The notes below the pieces were generated by a model, which searched no databases, was not told the origin of the DNA, and worked only from the letters and a program-made list of their open reading frames with translations. DNA of 64,000 bases from the human T2T-CHM13v2.0 reference genome, Homo sapiens. Position numbers and translations under genes: made by a program. The stretch lies in NCBI RefSeq assembly GCF_009914755.1, contig NC_060932.1; one strand, 5' to 3'. This document shows, in pieces, positions 39,801 through 54,800 of this stretch (position 1 is the first letter of the stretch; every line of letters begins with the position of its first letter).

Positions 39801-40598
39801 AACCTTCCGTTTCATAGAGCAGGTTGGAAACACTCTTTTTGTAGTATCTGGAAGTGGACATTTGGAGCGCTTTCAGGCCTATGGTGAAAAAGGAAATATC
39901 TTCCCATAAAAACGACATAGAAGCTATCTCAGGAACTTGTTTATGATGCATCTAATCAACTAACAGTGTTGAACCTTTGTACTGACAGAGCAGTTTGAAA
40001 CACTCTTTTTTTGGAATCTGCAAGTGGATATTTGGATCGCTTTGAGGATTTCGTTGGAAACGGGATGCAATATAAAACGTACACAGCAGCATACTCAGAA
40101 AATACTTTGCCATATTTCCATTCAAGTCACAGAGTGGAACATTCCCATTCATAGAGCAGGTTTGAAACACTCTTTTTGGAGTATCTGGAAGTGGACATTT
40201 GGAGCGCTTTCTGAACTATGGTGAAAAAGGAAATAACTTCCAATGAAAACACGACAGAAGCATTCTGAGAAACTTATTTGTGATGTGTGTCCTCAACAAA
40301 CGGACTTGAACCTTTCGTTTCATGCAGTACTTCTGGAACACTCTTTTTGAAGATTCTGCATGCGGATATTTGGATAGCTTTGAGGATTTCGTTGGAAACG
40401 GGCTTACATGTAAAAATTAGACAGCAGCATTCTCAGAAACTTCTTTGTGGTGTCTGCATTCAAGTCACAGAATTGAACTTCCCCTCACATAGAGCAGTTG
40501 TGCAGCACTCTATTTGTAGTATCTGGAAGTGGACATTTGGAGGGCTTTGTAGCCTATCTGGAAAAAGGAAATATCTTCCCATGAATGCGAGATAGAAG
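36863..40598 (+). repeat. Two tandem 11-mer HORs (1868 bp each)
   Basis: Anchors 36899->38767->40635. Confidence 0.93.
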
Positions 40599-43500
40599 TA
40601 ATCTCAGAAACATGTTTATGCTGTATCTACTCAACTAACTGTGCTGAACATTTCTATTGATAGAGCAGTTTTGAGACCCTCTTCTTTTGGAATCTGCAAG
40701 TGGATATTTGGATAGATTTGAGGATTTCGTTGGAAACGGGATTATATATAAAAAGTAGACAGCAGCATTCTCAGAAACTTCTTTGTGATGTTTGCATCCA
40801 GCTCTCAGAGTTGAACATTCCCTTTCATAGAGTAGGTTTGAAACCCTCTTTTTATAGTGTCTGGAAGCGGGCATTTGGAGCGCTTTCAGGCCTATGCTGA
40901 AAAAGGAGATATCTACCTATAGAAACTAGACAGAAGCATTCTGAGAATCACGTTTGTGATGTGGGTACTCAACTAACAGTGTTGATCCATTCTTTTGATA
41001 CAGCAGTTTTGAACCACACTTTTTGTAGAATCTGCAAGTGGATATTTGGATAGCTGTGAGGATTTCGTTGGAAACGGGAATGTCTTCATAGAAAATTTAG
41101 AGAGAAGCATTCTCAGAACCTTGATTGTGATGTGTGTTCTCCACTAACAGAGTTGAACCTTTCTTTTGACAGAACTGTTCTGAAACATTCTTTTTATAGA
41201 ATCTGGAAGTGGATATTTGGAAAGCTTTGAGGATTTCGTTGGAAACGGGAATATCTTCAAATAAAATCTAGCCAGAAGCATTCTAAGAAACATCTTAGGG
41301 ATGTTTACATTCAAGTCACAGAGTTGAACATTCCCTTTCACAGAGCAGGTTTGAAACAATCTTCTCGTACTATCTGGCAGTGGACATTTTGAGCTCTTTC
41401 GGGCCTATGCTGAAAAAGGAAATATCTTCCGACAAAAACTAGACAGAAGCATTCGCAGAATCACGTTTGTGATGTGTGCACTCAACTGTCAGAATTGAAC
41501 CTTGGTTTGGAGAGAGCACTTTTGAAACACTCTTTTTGTAGAATCTGCAGGTGGATATTTGGCTAGCTTTGAGGATTTCGTTGGAAACGGTAATGTCTTC
41601 AAAGAAAATCTAGACAGAAGCATTCTCAGAAACACCTTCGTGATGTTTGCAATCAAGTCACAGAGTTGAACCTTCCGTTTCATAGAGCAGGTTGGAAACA
41701 CACTTTTTGTAGTATCTGGAAGTGGACATTTGGAGGGCTTTGTAGCCTATCTGGAAAAAGGAAATATCTTCCCATGAATGCGAGATAGAAGTAATCTCAG
41801 AAACATGTTTATGCTGTATCTACTCAACTAACTGTGCTGAACATTTCTATTGATAGAGCAGTTTTGAGACACTCTTCTTTTGGAATCTGCAAGTGGATAT
41901 TTGGATAGATTTGAGGATTTCGTTGGAAACGGGATTATATATAAAAAGTAGACAGCAGCATTCTCAGAAACTTCTTTGTGATGTTTGCATCTAGCTCCCA
42001 GAGTTGAACATTCCCTTTCATAGAGTAGGTTTGAAACCCTCTTTTTATAGTGTCTGGAAGCGGGCATTTGGAGCGCTTTCAGGCCTATGCTGAAAAAGGA
42101 AATATCTACCTATAGAAACTAGACAGAAGCATTCTGAGAATCACGTTTGTGATGTGGGTACTCAACTAACAGTGTTGATCCATTCTTTTGATACAGCAGT
42201 TTTGAACCACACTTTTTGTAGAATCTGCAAGTGGATATTTGGATAGCTGTGAGGATTTCGTTGGAAACGGGAATGTCTTCATAGAAAATTTAGACAGAAG
42301 CATTCTCAGAACCTTGATTGTGATGTGTGTTCTCCACTAACAGAGTTGAACCTTTCTTTTGACAGAACTGTTCTGAAACATTCTTTTTATAGAATCTGGA
42401 AGTGGATATTTGGAAAGCTTTGAGGATTTCGTTGGAAACGGGAATATCTTCAAATCAAATCTAGCCAGAAGCATTCTAAGAAACAGCTTAGGGATGTTTA
42501 CATTCAAGTCACAGAGTTGAACATTCCCTTTCACAGAGCAGGTTTGAAACAATCTTCTCGTACTATCTGGCAGTGGACATTTTGAGCTCTTTGGGGCCTA
42601 TGCTGAAAAAGGAAATATCTTCCGACAAAAACTAGACAGAAGCATTCGCAGAATCACGTTTGTGATGTGTGCACTCAACTGTCAGAATTGAACCTTGGTT
42701 TGGACAGAGCACTTTTGAAACACTCTTTTTGTAGAATCTGCAGGTGGATATTTGGCTAGCTTTGAGGATTTCGTTGGAAACGGTAATGTCTTCAAAGAAA
42801 ATCTAGACAGAAGCATTCTCAGAAACAACTTCGTGATGTTTGCAATCAAGTCACAGAGTTGAACCTTCCGTTTCATAGAGCAGGTTGGAAACACACTTTT
42901 TGTAGTATCTGGAAGTGGACATTTGGAGGGCTTTGTAGCCTATCTGGAAAAAGGAAATATCTTCCCATGAATGCGAGATAGAAGTAATCTCAGAAACATG
43001 TTTATGCTGTATCTACTCAACTAACTGTGCTGAACATTTCTATTGATAGAGCAGTTTTGAGACACTCTTCTTTTGGAATCTGCAAGTGGATATTTGGATA
43101 GATTTGAGGATTTCGTTGGAAACGGGATTATATATAAAAAGTAGACAGCAGCATTCTCAGAAACTTCTTTGTGATGTTTGCATCCAGCTCTCAGAGTTGA
43201 ACATTCCCTTTCATAGAGTAGGTTTGAAACCCTCTTTTTATAGTGTCTGGAAGCGGGCATTTGGAGCGCTTTCAGGCCTATGCTTAAAATAGGAAATATC
43301 TACGTACAGAAACTAGACAGAAGCATTCTGAGAATCACGTTTGTGATGTGGGTACTCAACTAACAGTGTTGATCCATTCTTTTGATACAGCAGTTTTGAA
43401 CCACACTTTTTGTAGAATCTGCAAGAGGATATTTGGATAGCTGTGAGGATTTCGTTGGAAACGGGAATGTCTTCAAAGAAAATCTAGACAGAAGCATTCT

Positions 43501-46500
43501 CAGAAACACCTTCGTGATGTTTGCAATCAAGTCACAGAGTTGAACCTTCCGTTTCATAGAGCAGGTTGGAAACACTCTTATTGTAGTATCTGGAAGTGGA
43601 CATTTGGAGCGCTTTCAGGCCTATGGTGAAAAAGGAAATATCTTCCCATAAAAACGACATAGAAGCTATCTCAGGAACTTGTTTATGATGCATCTAATCA
43701 ACTAACAGTGTTGAACCTTTGTACTGACAGAGCACTTTGAAACACTCTTTTTTTGGAATCTGCAAGTGGATATTTGGATCGCTTTGAGGATTTCGTTGGA
43801 AACGGGATGCAATATAAAACGTACACAGCAGCATACTCAGAAAATACTTTGCCATATTTCCATTCAAGTCACAGAGTGGAACATTCCCATTCATAGAGCA
43901 GGTTGGAAACACTCTTTTTGGAGTATCTGGAAGTGGACATTTGGAGCGCTTTCTGAACTATGGTGAAAAAGGAAATATCTTCCAATGAAAACAAGACAGA
44001 AGCATTCTGAGAAACTTATTTGTGATGTGTGTCCTCAACAAACGGACTTGAATCTTTCGTTTCATGCAGTACTTCTGGAACACTCTTTTTGAAGATTCTG
44101 CATGCGGATATTTGGATAGCTTTGAGGATTTCGTTGGAAACGGGCTTACATGTAAAAATTAGACAGCAGCATTCTCAGAAACTTCTTTGTGGTGTCTGCA
44201 TTCAAGTCACAGAATTGAACTTCCCCTCACATAGAGCAGTTGTGCAGCACTCTATTTGTAGTATCTGGAAGTGGACATTTGGAGGGCTTTGTAGCCTATC
44301 TGGAAAAAGGAAATATCTTCCCATGAATGCGAGATAGAAGTAATCTCAGAAACATGTTTATGCTGTATCTACTCAACTAACTGTGCTGAACATTTCTATT
44401 GATAGAGCAGTTTTGAGACCCTCTTCTTTTGGAATCTGCAAGTGGATATTTGGATAGATTTGAGGATTTCGTTGGAAACGGGATTATATATAAAAAGTAG
44501 ACAGCAGCATTCTCAGAAACTTCTTTGTGATGTTTGCATCCAGCTCTCAGAGTTGAACATTCCCTTTCATAGAGTAGGTTTGAAACCCTCTTTTTATAGT
44601 GTCTGGAAGCGGGCATTTGGAGCGCTTTCAGGCCTATGCTGAAAAAGGAGATATCTACCTATAGAAACTAGACAGAAGCATTCTGAGAATCACGTTTGTG
44701 ATGTGGGTACTCAACTAACAGTGTTGATCCATTCTTTTGATACAGCAGTTTTGAACAACACTTTTTGTAGAATCTGCAAGTGGATATTTGGATAGCTGTG
44801 AGGATTTCGTTGGAAACGGGAATGTCTTCATAGAAAATTTAGAGAGAAGCATTCTCAGAACCTTGATTGTGATGTGTGTTCTCCACTAACAGAGTTGAAC
44901 CTTTCTTTTGACAGAACTGTTCTGAAACATTCTTTTTATAGAATCTGGAAGTGGATATTTGGAAAGCTTTGAGGATTTCGTTGGAAACGGGAATATCTTC
45001 AAATCAAATCTAGCCAGAAGCATTCTAAGAAACAGCTTAGGGATGTTTACATTCAAGTCACAGAGTTGAACATTCCCTTTCACAGAGCAGGTTTGAAACA
45101 ATCTTCTCGTACTATCTGGCAGTGGACATTTTGAGCTCTTTGGGGCCTATGCTGAAAAAGGAAATATCTTCCGACAAAAACTAGACAGAAGCATTCGCAG
45201 AATCACGTTTGTGATGTGTGCACTCAACTGTCAGAATTGAACCTTGGTTTGGAGAGAGCACTTTTGAAACACTCTTTTTGTAGAATCTGCAGGTGGATAT
45301 TTGGCTAGCTTTGAGGATTTCGTTGGAAACGGTAATGTCTTCAAAGAAAATCTAGACAGAAGCATTCTCAGAAACACCTTCGTGATGTTTGCAATCAAGT
45401 CACAGAGTTGAACCTTCCGTTTCATAGAGCAGGTTGGAAACACACTTTTTGTAGTATCTGGAAGTGGACATTTGGAGGGCTTTGTAGCCTATCTGGAAAA
45501 AGGAAATATCTTCCCATGAATGCGAGATAGAAGTAATCTCAGAAACATGTTTATGCTGTATCTACTCAACTAACTGTGCTGAACATTTCTATTGATAGAG
45601 CAGTTTTGAGACACTCTTCTTTTGGAATCTGCAAGTGGATATTTGGATAGATTTGAGGATTTCGTTGGAAACGGGATTATATATAAAAAGTAGACAGCAG
45701 CATTCTCAGAAACTTCTTTGTGATGTTTGCATCCAGCTCTCAGAGTTGAACATTCCCTTTCATAGAGTAGGTTTGAAACCCTCTTTTTATAGTGTCTGGA
45801 AGCGGGCATTTGGAGCGCTTTCAGGCCTATGCTGAAAAAGGAAATATCTACCTATAGAAACTAGACAGAAGCATTCTGAGAATCACGTTTGTGATGTGGG
45901 TACTCAACTAACAGTGTTGATCCATTCTTTTGATACAGCAGTTTTGAACCACACTTTTTGTAGAATCTGCAAGTGGATATTTGGATAGCTGTGAGGATTT
46001 CGTTGGAAACGGGAATGTCTTCATAGAAAATTTAGACAGAAGCATTCTCAGAACCTTGATTGTGATGTGTGTTCTCCACTAACAGAGTTGAACCTTTCTT
46101 TTGACAGAACTGTTCTGAAACATTCTTTTTATAGAATCTGGAAGTGGATATTTGGAAAGCTTTGAGGATTTCGTTGGAAACGGGAATATCTTCAAATCAA
46201 ATCTAGCCAGAAGCATTCTAAGAAACATCTTAGGGATGTTTACATTCAAGTCACAGAGTTGAACATTCCCTTTCACAGAGCAGGTTTGAAACAATCTTCT
46301 CGTACTATCTGGCAGTGGACATTTTGAGCTCCTTGGGGCCTATGCTGAAAAAGGAAATATCTTCCGACAAAAACTAGACAGAAGCATTCGCAGAATCACG
46401 TTTGTGATGTGTGCACTCAACTGTCAGAATTGAACCTTGGTTTGGACAGAGCACTTTTGAAACACTCTTTTTGTAGAATCTGCAGGTGGATATTTGGCTA

Positions 46501-49500
46501 GCTTTGAGGATTTCGTTGGAAACGGTAATGTCTTCAAAGAAAATCTAGACAGAAGCATTCTCAGAAACACCTTCGTGATGTTTGCAATCAAGTCACAGAG
46601 TTGAACCTTCCGTTTCATAGAGCAGGTTGGAAACACTCTTTTTGTAGTATCTGGAAGTGGACATTTGGAGGGCTTTGTAGCCTATGTGGAAAAAGGAAAT
46701 ATCTTCCCATGAATGCGAGATAGAAGTAATCTCAGAAACATGTTTATGCTGTATCTACTCAACTAACTGTGCTGAACATTTCTATTGATAGAGCAGTTTT
46801 GAGACACTCTTCTTTTGGAATCTGCAAGTGGATATTTGGAGAGATTTGAGGATTTCGTTGGAAACGGGATTATATATAAAAAGTAGACAGCAGCATTCTC
46901 AGAAACTTCTTTGTGATGTTTGCATCCAGCTCTCAGAGTTGAACATTCCCTTTCATAGAGTAGGTTTGAAACCCTCTTTTTATAGTGTCTGGAAGCGGGC
47001 ATTTGGAGCGCTTTCAGACCTATGCTTAAAATAGGAAATATCTACCTACAGAAACTAGACAGAAGCATTCTGAGAATCTCGTTTGTGATGTGGGTACTCA
47101 ACTAACAGTGTTGATCCATTCTTTAGATACAGCAGTTTTGAACCACACTTTTTGTAGAATCTGCAAGAGGATATTTGGATAGCTGTGAGGATTTCGTTGG
47201 AAACGGGAATGTCTTCAAAGAAAATCTAGACAGAAACATTCTCAGAAACACCTTCGTGATGTTTGCAATCAAGTCACAGAGTTGAACCTTCCGTTTCATA
47301 GAGCAGGTTGGAAACACTCTTATTGTAGTATCTGGAAGTGGACATTTGGAGCGCTTTCAGGCCTATGGTGAAAAAGGAAATATCTTCCCATCAAAACGAC
47401 ATAGAAGCTGTCTCAGGAACTTGTTTATGATGCATCTAATCAACTAACAGTGTTGAACCTTTGTACTGACAGAGCACTTTGAAACACTCTTTTTTTGGAA
47501 TCTGCAAGTGGATATTTGGATCGCTTTGAGGATTTCGTTGGAAACGGGATGCAATATAAAACGTACACAGCAGCATACTCAGAAAATACTTTGCCATATT
47601 TCCATTCAAGTCACAGAGTGGAACATTCCCATTCATAGAGCAGGTTGGAAACACTCTTTTTGGAGTATCTGGAAGTGGACATTTGGAGCGCTTTCTGAAC
47701 TATGGTGAAAAAGGAAATATCTTCCAATGAAAACAAGACAGAAGCATTCTGAGAAACTTATTTGTGATGTGTGTCCTCAACAAACGGACTTGAACCTTTC
47801 GTTTCATGCAGTACTTCTGGAACACTCTTTTTGAAGATTCTGCATGCGGATATTTGGATAGCTTTGAGGATTTCGTTGGAAACGGGCTTACATGTAAAAA
47901 TTAGACAGCAGCATTCTCAGAAACTTCTTTGTGGTGTCTGCATTCAAGTCACAGAATTGAACTTCCCCTCACATAGAGCAGTTGTGCAGCACTCTATTTG
48001 TAGTATCTGGAAGTGGACATTTGGAGGGCTTTGTAGCCTATCTGGAAAAAGGAAATATCTTCCCATGAATGCGAGATAGAAGTAATCTCAGAAACATGTT
48101 TATGCTGTATCTACTCAACTAACTGTGCTGAACATTTCTATTGATAGAGCAGTTTTGAGACCCTCTTCTTTTGGAATCTGCAAGTGGATATTTGGATAGA
48201 TTTGAGGATTTCGTTGGAAACGGGATTATATATAAAAAGTAGACAGCAGCATTCTCAGAAACTTCTTTGTGATGTTTGCATCCAGCTCTCAGAGTTGAAC
48301 ATTCCCTTTCATAGAGTAGGTTTGAAACCCTCTTTTTATAGTGTCTGGAAGCGGGCATTTGGAGCGCTTTCAGGCCTATGCTGAAAAAGGAGATATCTAC
48401 CTATAGAAACTAGACAGAAGCATTCTGAGAATCACGTTTGTGATGTGGGTACTCAACTAACAGTGTTGATCCATTCTTTTGATACAGCAGTTTTGAACCA
48501 CACTTTTTGTAGAATCTGCAAGTGGATATTTGGATAGCTGTGAGGATTTCGTTGGAAACGGGAATGTCTTCATAGAAAATTTAGACAGAAGCATTCTCAG
48601 AACCTTGATTGTGATGTGTGTTCTCCACTAACAGAGTTGAACCTTTCTTTTGACAGAACTGTTCTGAAACATTCTTTTTATAGAATCTGGAAGTGGATAT
48701 TTGGAAAGCTTTGAGGATTTCGTTGGAAACGGGAATATCTTCAAATAAAATCTAGCCAGAAGCATTCTAAGAAACATCTTAGGGATGTTTACATTCAAGT
48801 CACAGAGTTGAACATTCCCTTTCACAGAGCAGGTTTGAAACAATCTTCTCGTACTATCTGGCAGTGGACATTTTGAGCTCCTTGGGGCCTATGCTGAAAA
48901 AGGAAATATCTTCCGACAAAAACTAGACAGAAGCATTCGCAGAATCACGTTTGTGATGTGTGCACTCAACTGTCAGAATTGAACCTTGGTTTGGAGAGAG
49001 CACTTTTGAAACACTCTTTTTGTAGAATCTGCAGGTGGATATTTGGCTAGCTTTGAGGATTTCGTTGGAAACGGTAATGTCTTCAAAGAAAATCTAGACA
49101 GAAGCATTCTCAGAAACACCTTCGTGATGTTTGCAATCAAGTCACAGAGTTGAACCTTCCGTTTCATAGAGCAGGTTGGAAACACACTTTTTGTAGTATC
49201 TGGAAGTGGACATTTGGAGGGCTTTGTAGCCTATCTGGAAAAAGGAAATATCTTCCCATGAATGCGAGATAGAAGTAATCTCAGAAACATGTTTATGCTG
49301 TATCTACTCAACTAACTGTGCTGAACATTTCTATTGATAGAGCAGTTTTGAGACACTCTTCTTTTGGAATCTGCAAGTGGATATTTGGATAGATTTGAGG
49401 ATTTCGTTGGAAACGGGATTATATATAAAAAGTAGACAGCAGCATTCTCAGAAACTTCTTTGTGATGTTTGCATCCAGCTCCCAGAGTTGAACATTCCCT

Positions 49501-51824
49501 TTCATAGAGTAGGTTTGAAACCCTCTTTTTATAGTGTCTGGAAGCGGGCATTTGGAGCGCTTTCAGGCCTATGCTGAAAAAGGAAATATCTACCTATAGA
49601 AACTAGACAGAAGCATTCTGAGAATCACGTTTGTGATGTGGGTACTCAACTAACAGTGTTGATCCATTCTTTTGATACAGCAGTTTTGAACCACACTTTT
49701 TGTAGAATCTGCAAGTGGATATTTGGATAGCTGTGAGGATTTCGTTGGAAACGGGAATGTCTTCATAGAAAATTTAGACAGAAGCATTCTCAGAACCTTG
49801 ATTGTGATGTGTGTTCTCCACTAACAGAGTTGAACCTTTCTTTTGACAGAACTGTTCTGAAACATTCTTTTTATAGAATCTGGAAGTGGATATTTGGAAA
49901 GCTTTGAGGATTTCGTTGGAAACGGGAATATCTTCAAATCAAATCTAGCCAGAAGCATTCTAAGAAACAGCTTAGGGATGTTTACATTCAAGTCACAGAG
50001 TTGAACATTCCCTTTCACAGAGCAGGTTTGAAACAATCTTCTCGTACTATCTGGCAGTGGACATTTTGAGCTCTTTGGGGCCTATGCTGAAAAAGGAAAT
50101 ATCTTCCGACAAAAACTAGACAGAAGCATTCGCAGAATCACGTTTGTGATGTGTGCACTCAACTGTCAGAATTGAACCTTGGTTTGGACAGAGCACTTTT
50201 GAAACACTCTTTTTGTAGAATCTGCAGGTGGATATTTGGCTAGCTTTGAGGATTTCGTTGGAAACGGTAATGTCTTCAAAGAAAATCTAGACAGAAGCAT
50301 TCTCAGAAACAACTTCGTGATGTTTGCAATCAAGTCACAGAGTTGAACCTTCCGTTTCATAGAGCAGGTTGGAAACACACTTTTTGTAGTATCTGGAAGT
50401 GGACATTTGGAGGGCTTTGTAGCCTATCTGGAAAAAGGAAATATCTTCCCATGAATGCGAGATAGAAGTAATCTCAGAAACATGTTTATGCTGTATCTAC
50501 TCAACTAACTGTGCTGAACATTTCTATTGATAGAGCAGTTTTGAGACACTCTTCTTTTGGAATCTGCAAGTGGATATTTGGATAGATTTGAGGATTTCGT
50601 TGGAAACGGGATTATATATAAAAAGTAGACAGCAGCATTCTCAGAAACTTCTTTGTGATGTTTGCATCCAGCTCTCAGAGTTGAACATTCCCTTTCATAG
50701 AGTAGGTTTGAAACCCTCTTTTTATAGTGTCTGGAAGCGGGCATTTGGAGCGCTTTCAGGCCTATGCTTAAAATAGGAAATATCTACCTACAGAAACTAG
50801 ACAGAAGCATTCTGAGAATCACGTTTGTGATGTGGGTACTCAACTAACAGTGTTGATCCATTCTTTTGATACAGCAGTTTTGAACCACACTTTTTGTAGA
50901 ATCTGCAAGAGGATATTTGGATAGCTGTGAGGATTTCGTTGGAAACGGGAATGTCTTCAAAGAAAATCTAGACAGAAGCATTCTCAGAAACACCTTCGTG
51001 ATGTTTGCAATCAAGTCACAGAGTTGAACCTTCCGTTTCATAGTGCAGGTTGGAAACACTCTTATTGTAGTATCTGGAAGTGGACATTTGGAGCGCTTTC
51101 AGGCCTATGGTGAAAAAGGAAATATCTTCCCATCAAAACGACATAGAAGCTATCTCAGGAACTTGTTTATGATGCATCTAATCAACTAACAGTGTTGAAC
51201 CTTTGTACTGACAGAGCACTTTGAAACACTCTTTTTTTGGAATCTGCAAGTGGATATTTGGATCGCTTTGAGGATTTCGTTGGAAACGGGATGCAATATA
51301 AAACGTACACAGCAGCATACTCAGAAAATACTTTGCCATATTTCCATTCAAGTCACAGAGTGGAACATTCCCATTCATAGAGCAGGTTGGAAACACTCTT
51401 TTTGGAGTATCTGGAAGTGGACATTTGGAGCGCTTTCTGAACTATGGTGAAAAAGGAAATATCTTCCAATGAAAACAAGACAGAAGCATTCTGAGAAACT
51501 TATTTGTGATGTGTGTCCTCAACAAACGGACTTGAACCTTTCGTTTCATGCAGTACTTCTGGAACACTCTTTTTGAAGATTCTGCATGCGGATATTTGGA
51601 TAGCTTTGAGGATTTCGTTGGAAACGGGCTTACATGTAAAAATTAGACAGCAGCATTCTCAGAAACTTCTTTGTGGTGTCTGCATTCAAGTCACAGAATT
51701 GAACTTCCCCTCACATAGAGCAGTTGTGCAGCACTCTATTTGTAGTATCTGGAAGTGGACATTTGGAGGGCTTTGTAGCCTATCTGGAAAAAGGAAATAT
51801 CTTCCCATGAATGCGAGATAGAAG
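40599..51824 (+). repeat. Three tandem 7-7-8 composite units (3742 bp each)
   Basis: Anchors 40635, 44377, 48119, 51861 are 3742 bp apart. Confidence 0.92.
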
Positions 51825-54800
51825 TAATCTCAGAAACATGTTTATGCTGTATCTACTCAACTAACTGTGCTGAACATTTCTATTGATAGAGCAGTTTTGA
51901 GACCCTCTTCTTTTGGAATCTGCAAGTGGATATTTGGATAGATTTGAGGATTTCGTTGGAAACGGGATTATATATAAAAAGTAGACAGCAGCATTCTCAG
52001 AAACTTCTTTGTGATGTTTGCATCCAGCTCTCAGAGTTGAACATTCCCTTTCATAGAGTAGGTTTGAAACCCTCTTTTTATAGTGTCTGGAAGCGGGCAT
52101 TTGGAGCGCTTTCAGGCCTATGCTGAAAAAGGAGATATCTACCTATAGAAACTAGACAGAAGCATTCTGAGAATCACGTTTGTGATGTGGGTACTCAACT
52201 AACAGTGTTGATCCATTCTTTTGATACAGCAGTTTTGAACCACACTTTTTGTAGAATCTGCAAGTGGATATTTGGATAGCTGTGAGGATTTCGTTGGAAA
52301 CGGGAATGTCTTCATAGAAAATTTAGACAGAAGCATTCTCAGAACCTTGATTGTGATGTGTGTTCTCCACTAACAGAGTTGAACCTTTCTTTTGACAGAA
52401 CTGTTCTGAAACATTCTTTTTATAGAATCTGGAAGTGGATATTTGGAAAGCTTTGAGGATTTCGTTGGAAACGGGAATATCTTCAAATAAAATCTAGCCA
52501 GAAGCATTCTAAGAAACATCTTAGGGATGTTTACATTCAAGTCACAGAGTTGAACATTCCCTTTCACAGAGCAGGTTTGAAACAATCTTCTCGTACTATC
52601 TGGCAGTGGACATTTTGAGCTCTTTGGGGCCTATGCTGAAAAAGGAAATATCTTCCGACAAAAACTAGACAGAAGCATTCGCAGAATCACGTTTGTGATG
52701 TGTGCACTCAACTGTCAGAATTGAACCTTGGTTTGGAGAGAGCACTTTTGAAACACTCTTTTTGTAGAATCTGCAGGTGGATATTTGGCTAGCTTTGAGG
52801 ATTTCGTTGGAAACGGTAATGTCTTCAAAGAAAATCTAGACAGAAGCATTCTCAGAAACACCTTCGTGATGTTTGCAATCAAGTCACAGAGTTGAACCTT
52901 CCGTTTCATAGAGCAGGTTGGAAACACACTTTTTGTAGTATCTGGAAGTGGACATTTGGAGGGCTTTGTAGCCTATCTGGAAAAAGGAAATATCTTCCCA
53001 TGAATGCGAGATAGAAGTAATCTCAGAAACATGTTTATGCTGTATCTACTCAACTAACTGTGCTGAACATTTCTATTGATAGAGCAGTTTTGAGACACTC
53101 TTCTTTTGGAATCTGCAAGTGGATATTTGGATAGATTTGAGGATTTCGTTGGAAACGGGATTATATATAAAAAGTAGACAGCAGCATTCTCAGAAACTTC
53201 TTTGTGATGTTTGCATCTAGCTCCCAGAGTTGAACATTCCCTTTCATAGAGTAGTTTTGAAACCCTCTTTTTATAGTGTCTGGAAGCGGGCATTTGGAGC
53301 GCTTTCAGGCCTATGCTGAAAAAGGAAATATCTACCTATAGAAACTAGACAGAAGCATTCTGAGAATCACGTTTGTGATGTGGGTACTCAACTAACAGTG
53401 TTGATCCATTCTTTTGATACAGCAGTTTTGAACCACACTTTTTGTAGAATCTGCAAGTGGATATTTGGATAGCTGTGAGGATTTCGTTGGAAACGGGAAT
53501 GTCTTCATAGAAAATTTAGACAGAAGCATTCTCAGAACCTTGATTGTGATGTGTGTTCTCCACTAACAGAGTTGAACCTTTCTTTTGACAGAACTGTTCT
53601 GAAACATTCTTTTTATAGAATCTGGAAGTGGATATTTGGAAAGCTTTGAGGATTTCGTTGGAAACGGGAATATCTTCAAATCAAATCTAGCCAGAAGCAT
53701 TCTAAGAAACAGCTTAGGGATGTTTACATTCAAGTCACAGAGTTGAACATTCCCTTTCACAGAGCAGGTTTGAAACAATCTTCTCGTACTATCTGGCAGT
53801 GGACATTTTGAGCTCCTTGGGGCCTATGCTGAAAAAGGAAATATCTTCCGACAAAAACTAGACAGAAGCATTCGCAGAATCACGTTTGTGATGTGTGCAC
53901 TCAACTGTCAGAATTGAACCTTGGTTTGGAGAGAGCACTTTTGAAACACTCTTTTTGTAGAATCTGCAGGTGGATATTTGGCTAGCTTTGAGGATTTCGT
54001 TGGAAACGGTAATGTCTTCAAAGAAAATCTAGACAGAAGCATTCTCAGAAACACCTTCGTGATGTTTGCAATCAAGTCACAGAGTTGAACCTTCCGTTTC
54101 ATAGAGCAGGTTGGAAACACTCTTTTTGTAGTATCTGGAAGTGGACATTTGGAGGGCTTTGTAGCCTATCTGGAAAAAGGAAATATCTTCCCATGAATGC
54201 GAGATAGAAGTAATCTCAGAAACATGTTTATGCTGTATCTACTCAACTAACTGTGCTGAACATTTCTATTGATAGAGCAGTTTTGAGACACTCTTCTTTT
54301 GGAATCTGCAAGTGGATATTTGGATAGATTTGAGGATTTCGTTGGAAACGGGATTATATATCAAAAGTAGACAGCAGCATTCTCAGAAACTTCTTTGTGA
54401 TGTTTGCATCCAGCTCTCAGAGTTGAACATTCCCTTTCATAGAGTAGGTTTGAAACCCTCTTTTTATAGTGTCTGGAAGCGGGCATTTGGAGCGCTTTCA
54501 GGCCTATGCTTAAAATAGGAAATATCTACCTACAGAAACTAGACAGAAGCATTCTGAGAATCACGTTTGTGATGTGGGTACTCAACTAACAGTGTTGATC
54601 CATTCTTTTGATACAGCAGTTTTGAACCACACTTTTTGTAGAATCTGCAAGAGGATATTTGGATAGCTGTGAGGATTTCGTTGGAAACGGGAATGTCTTC
54701 AAAGAAAATCTAGACAGAAGCATTCTCAGAAACACCTTCGTGATGTTTGCAATCAAGTCACAGAGTTGAACCTTCCGTTTCATAGAGCAGGTTGGAAACA

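Larger units (their letters stand above)
27860..51824 (+). repeat. Super-repeat copy 2 (23,965 bp; 18 HOR units)
   Basis: Same opening order and SNVs as copy 1; differs in the middle (11-11 instead of 11-7-11-7-8). Confidence 0.85.
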
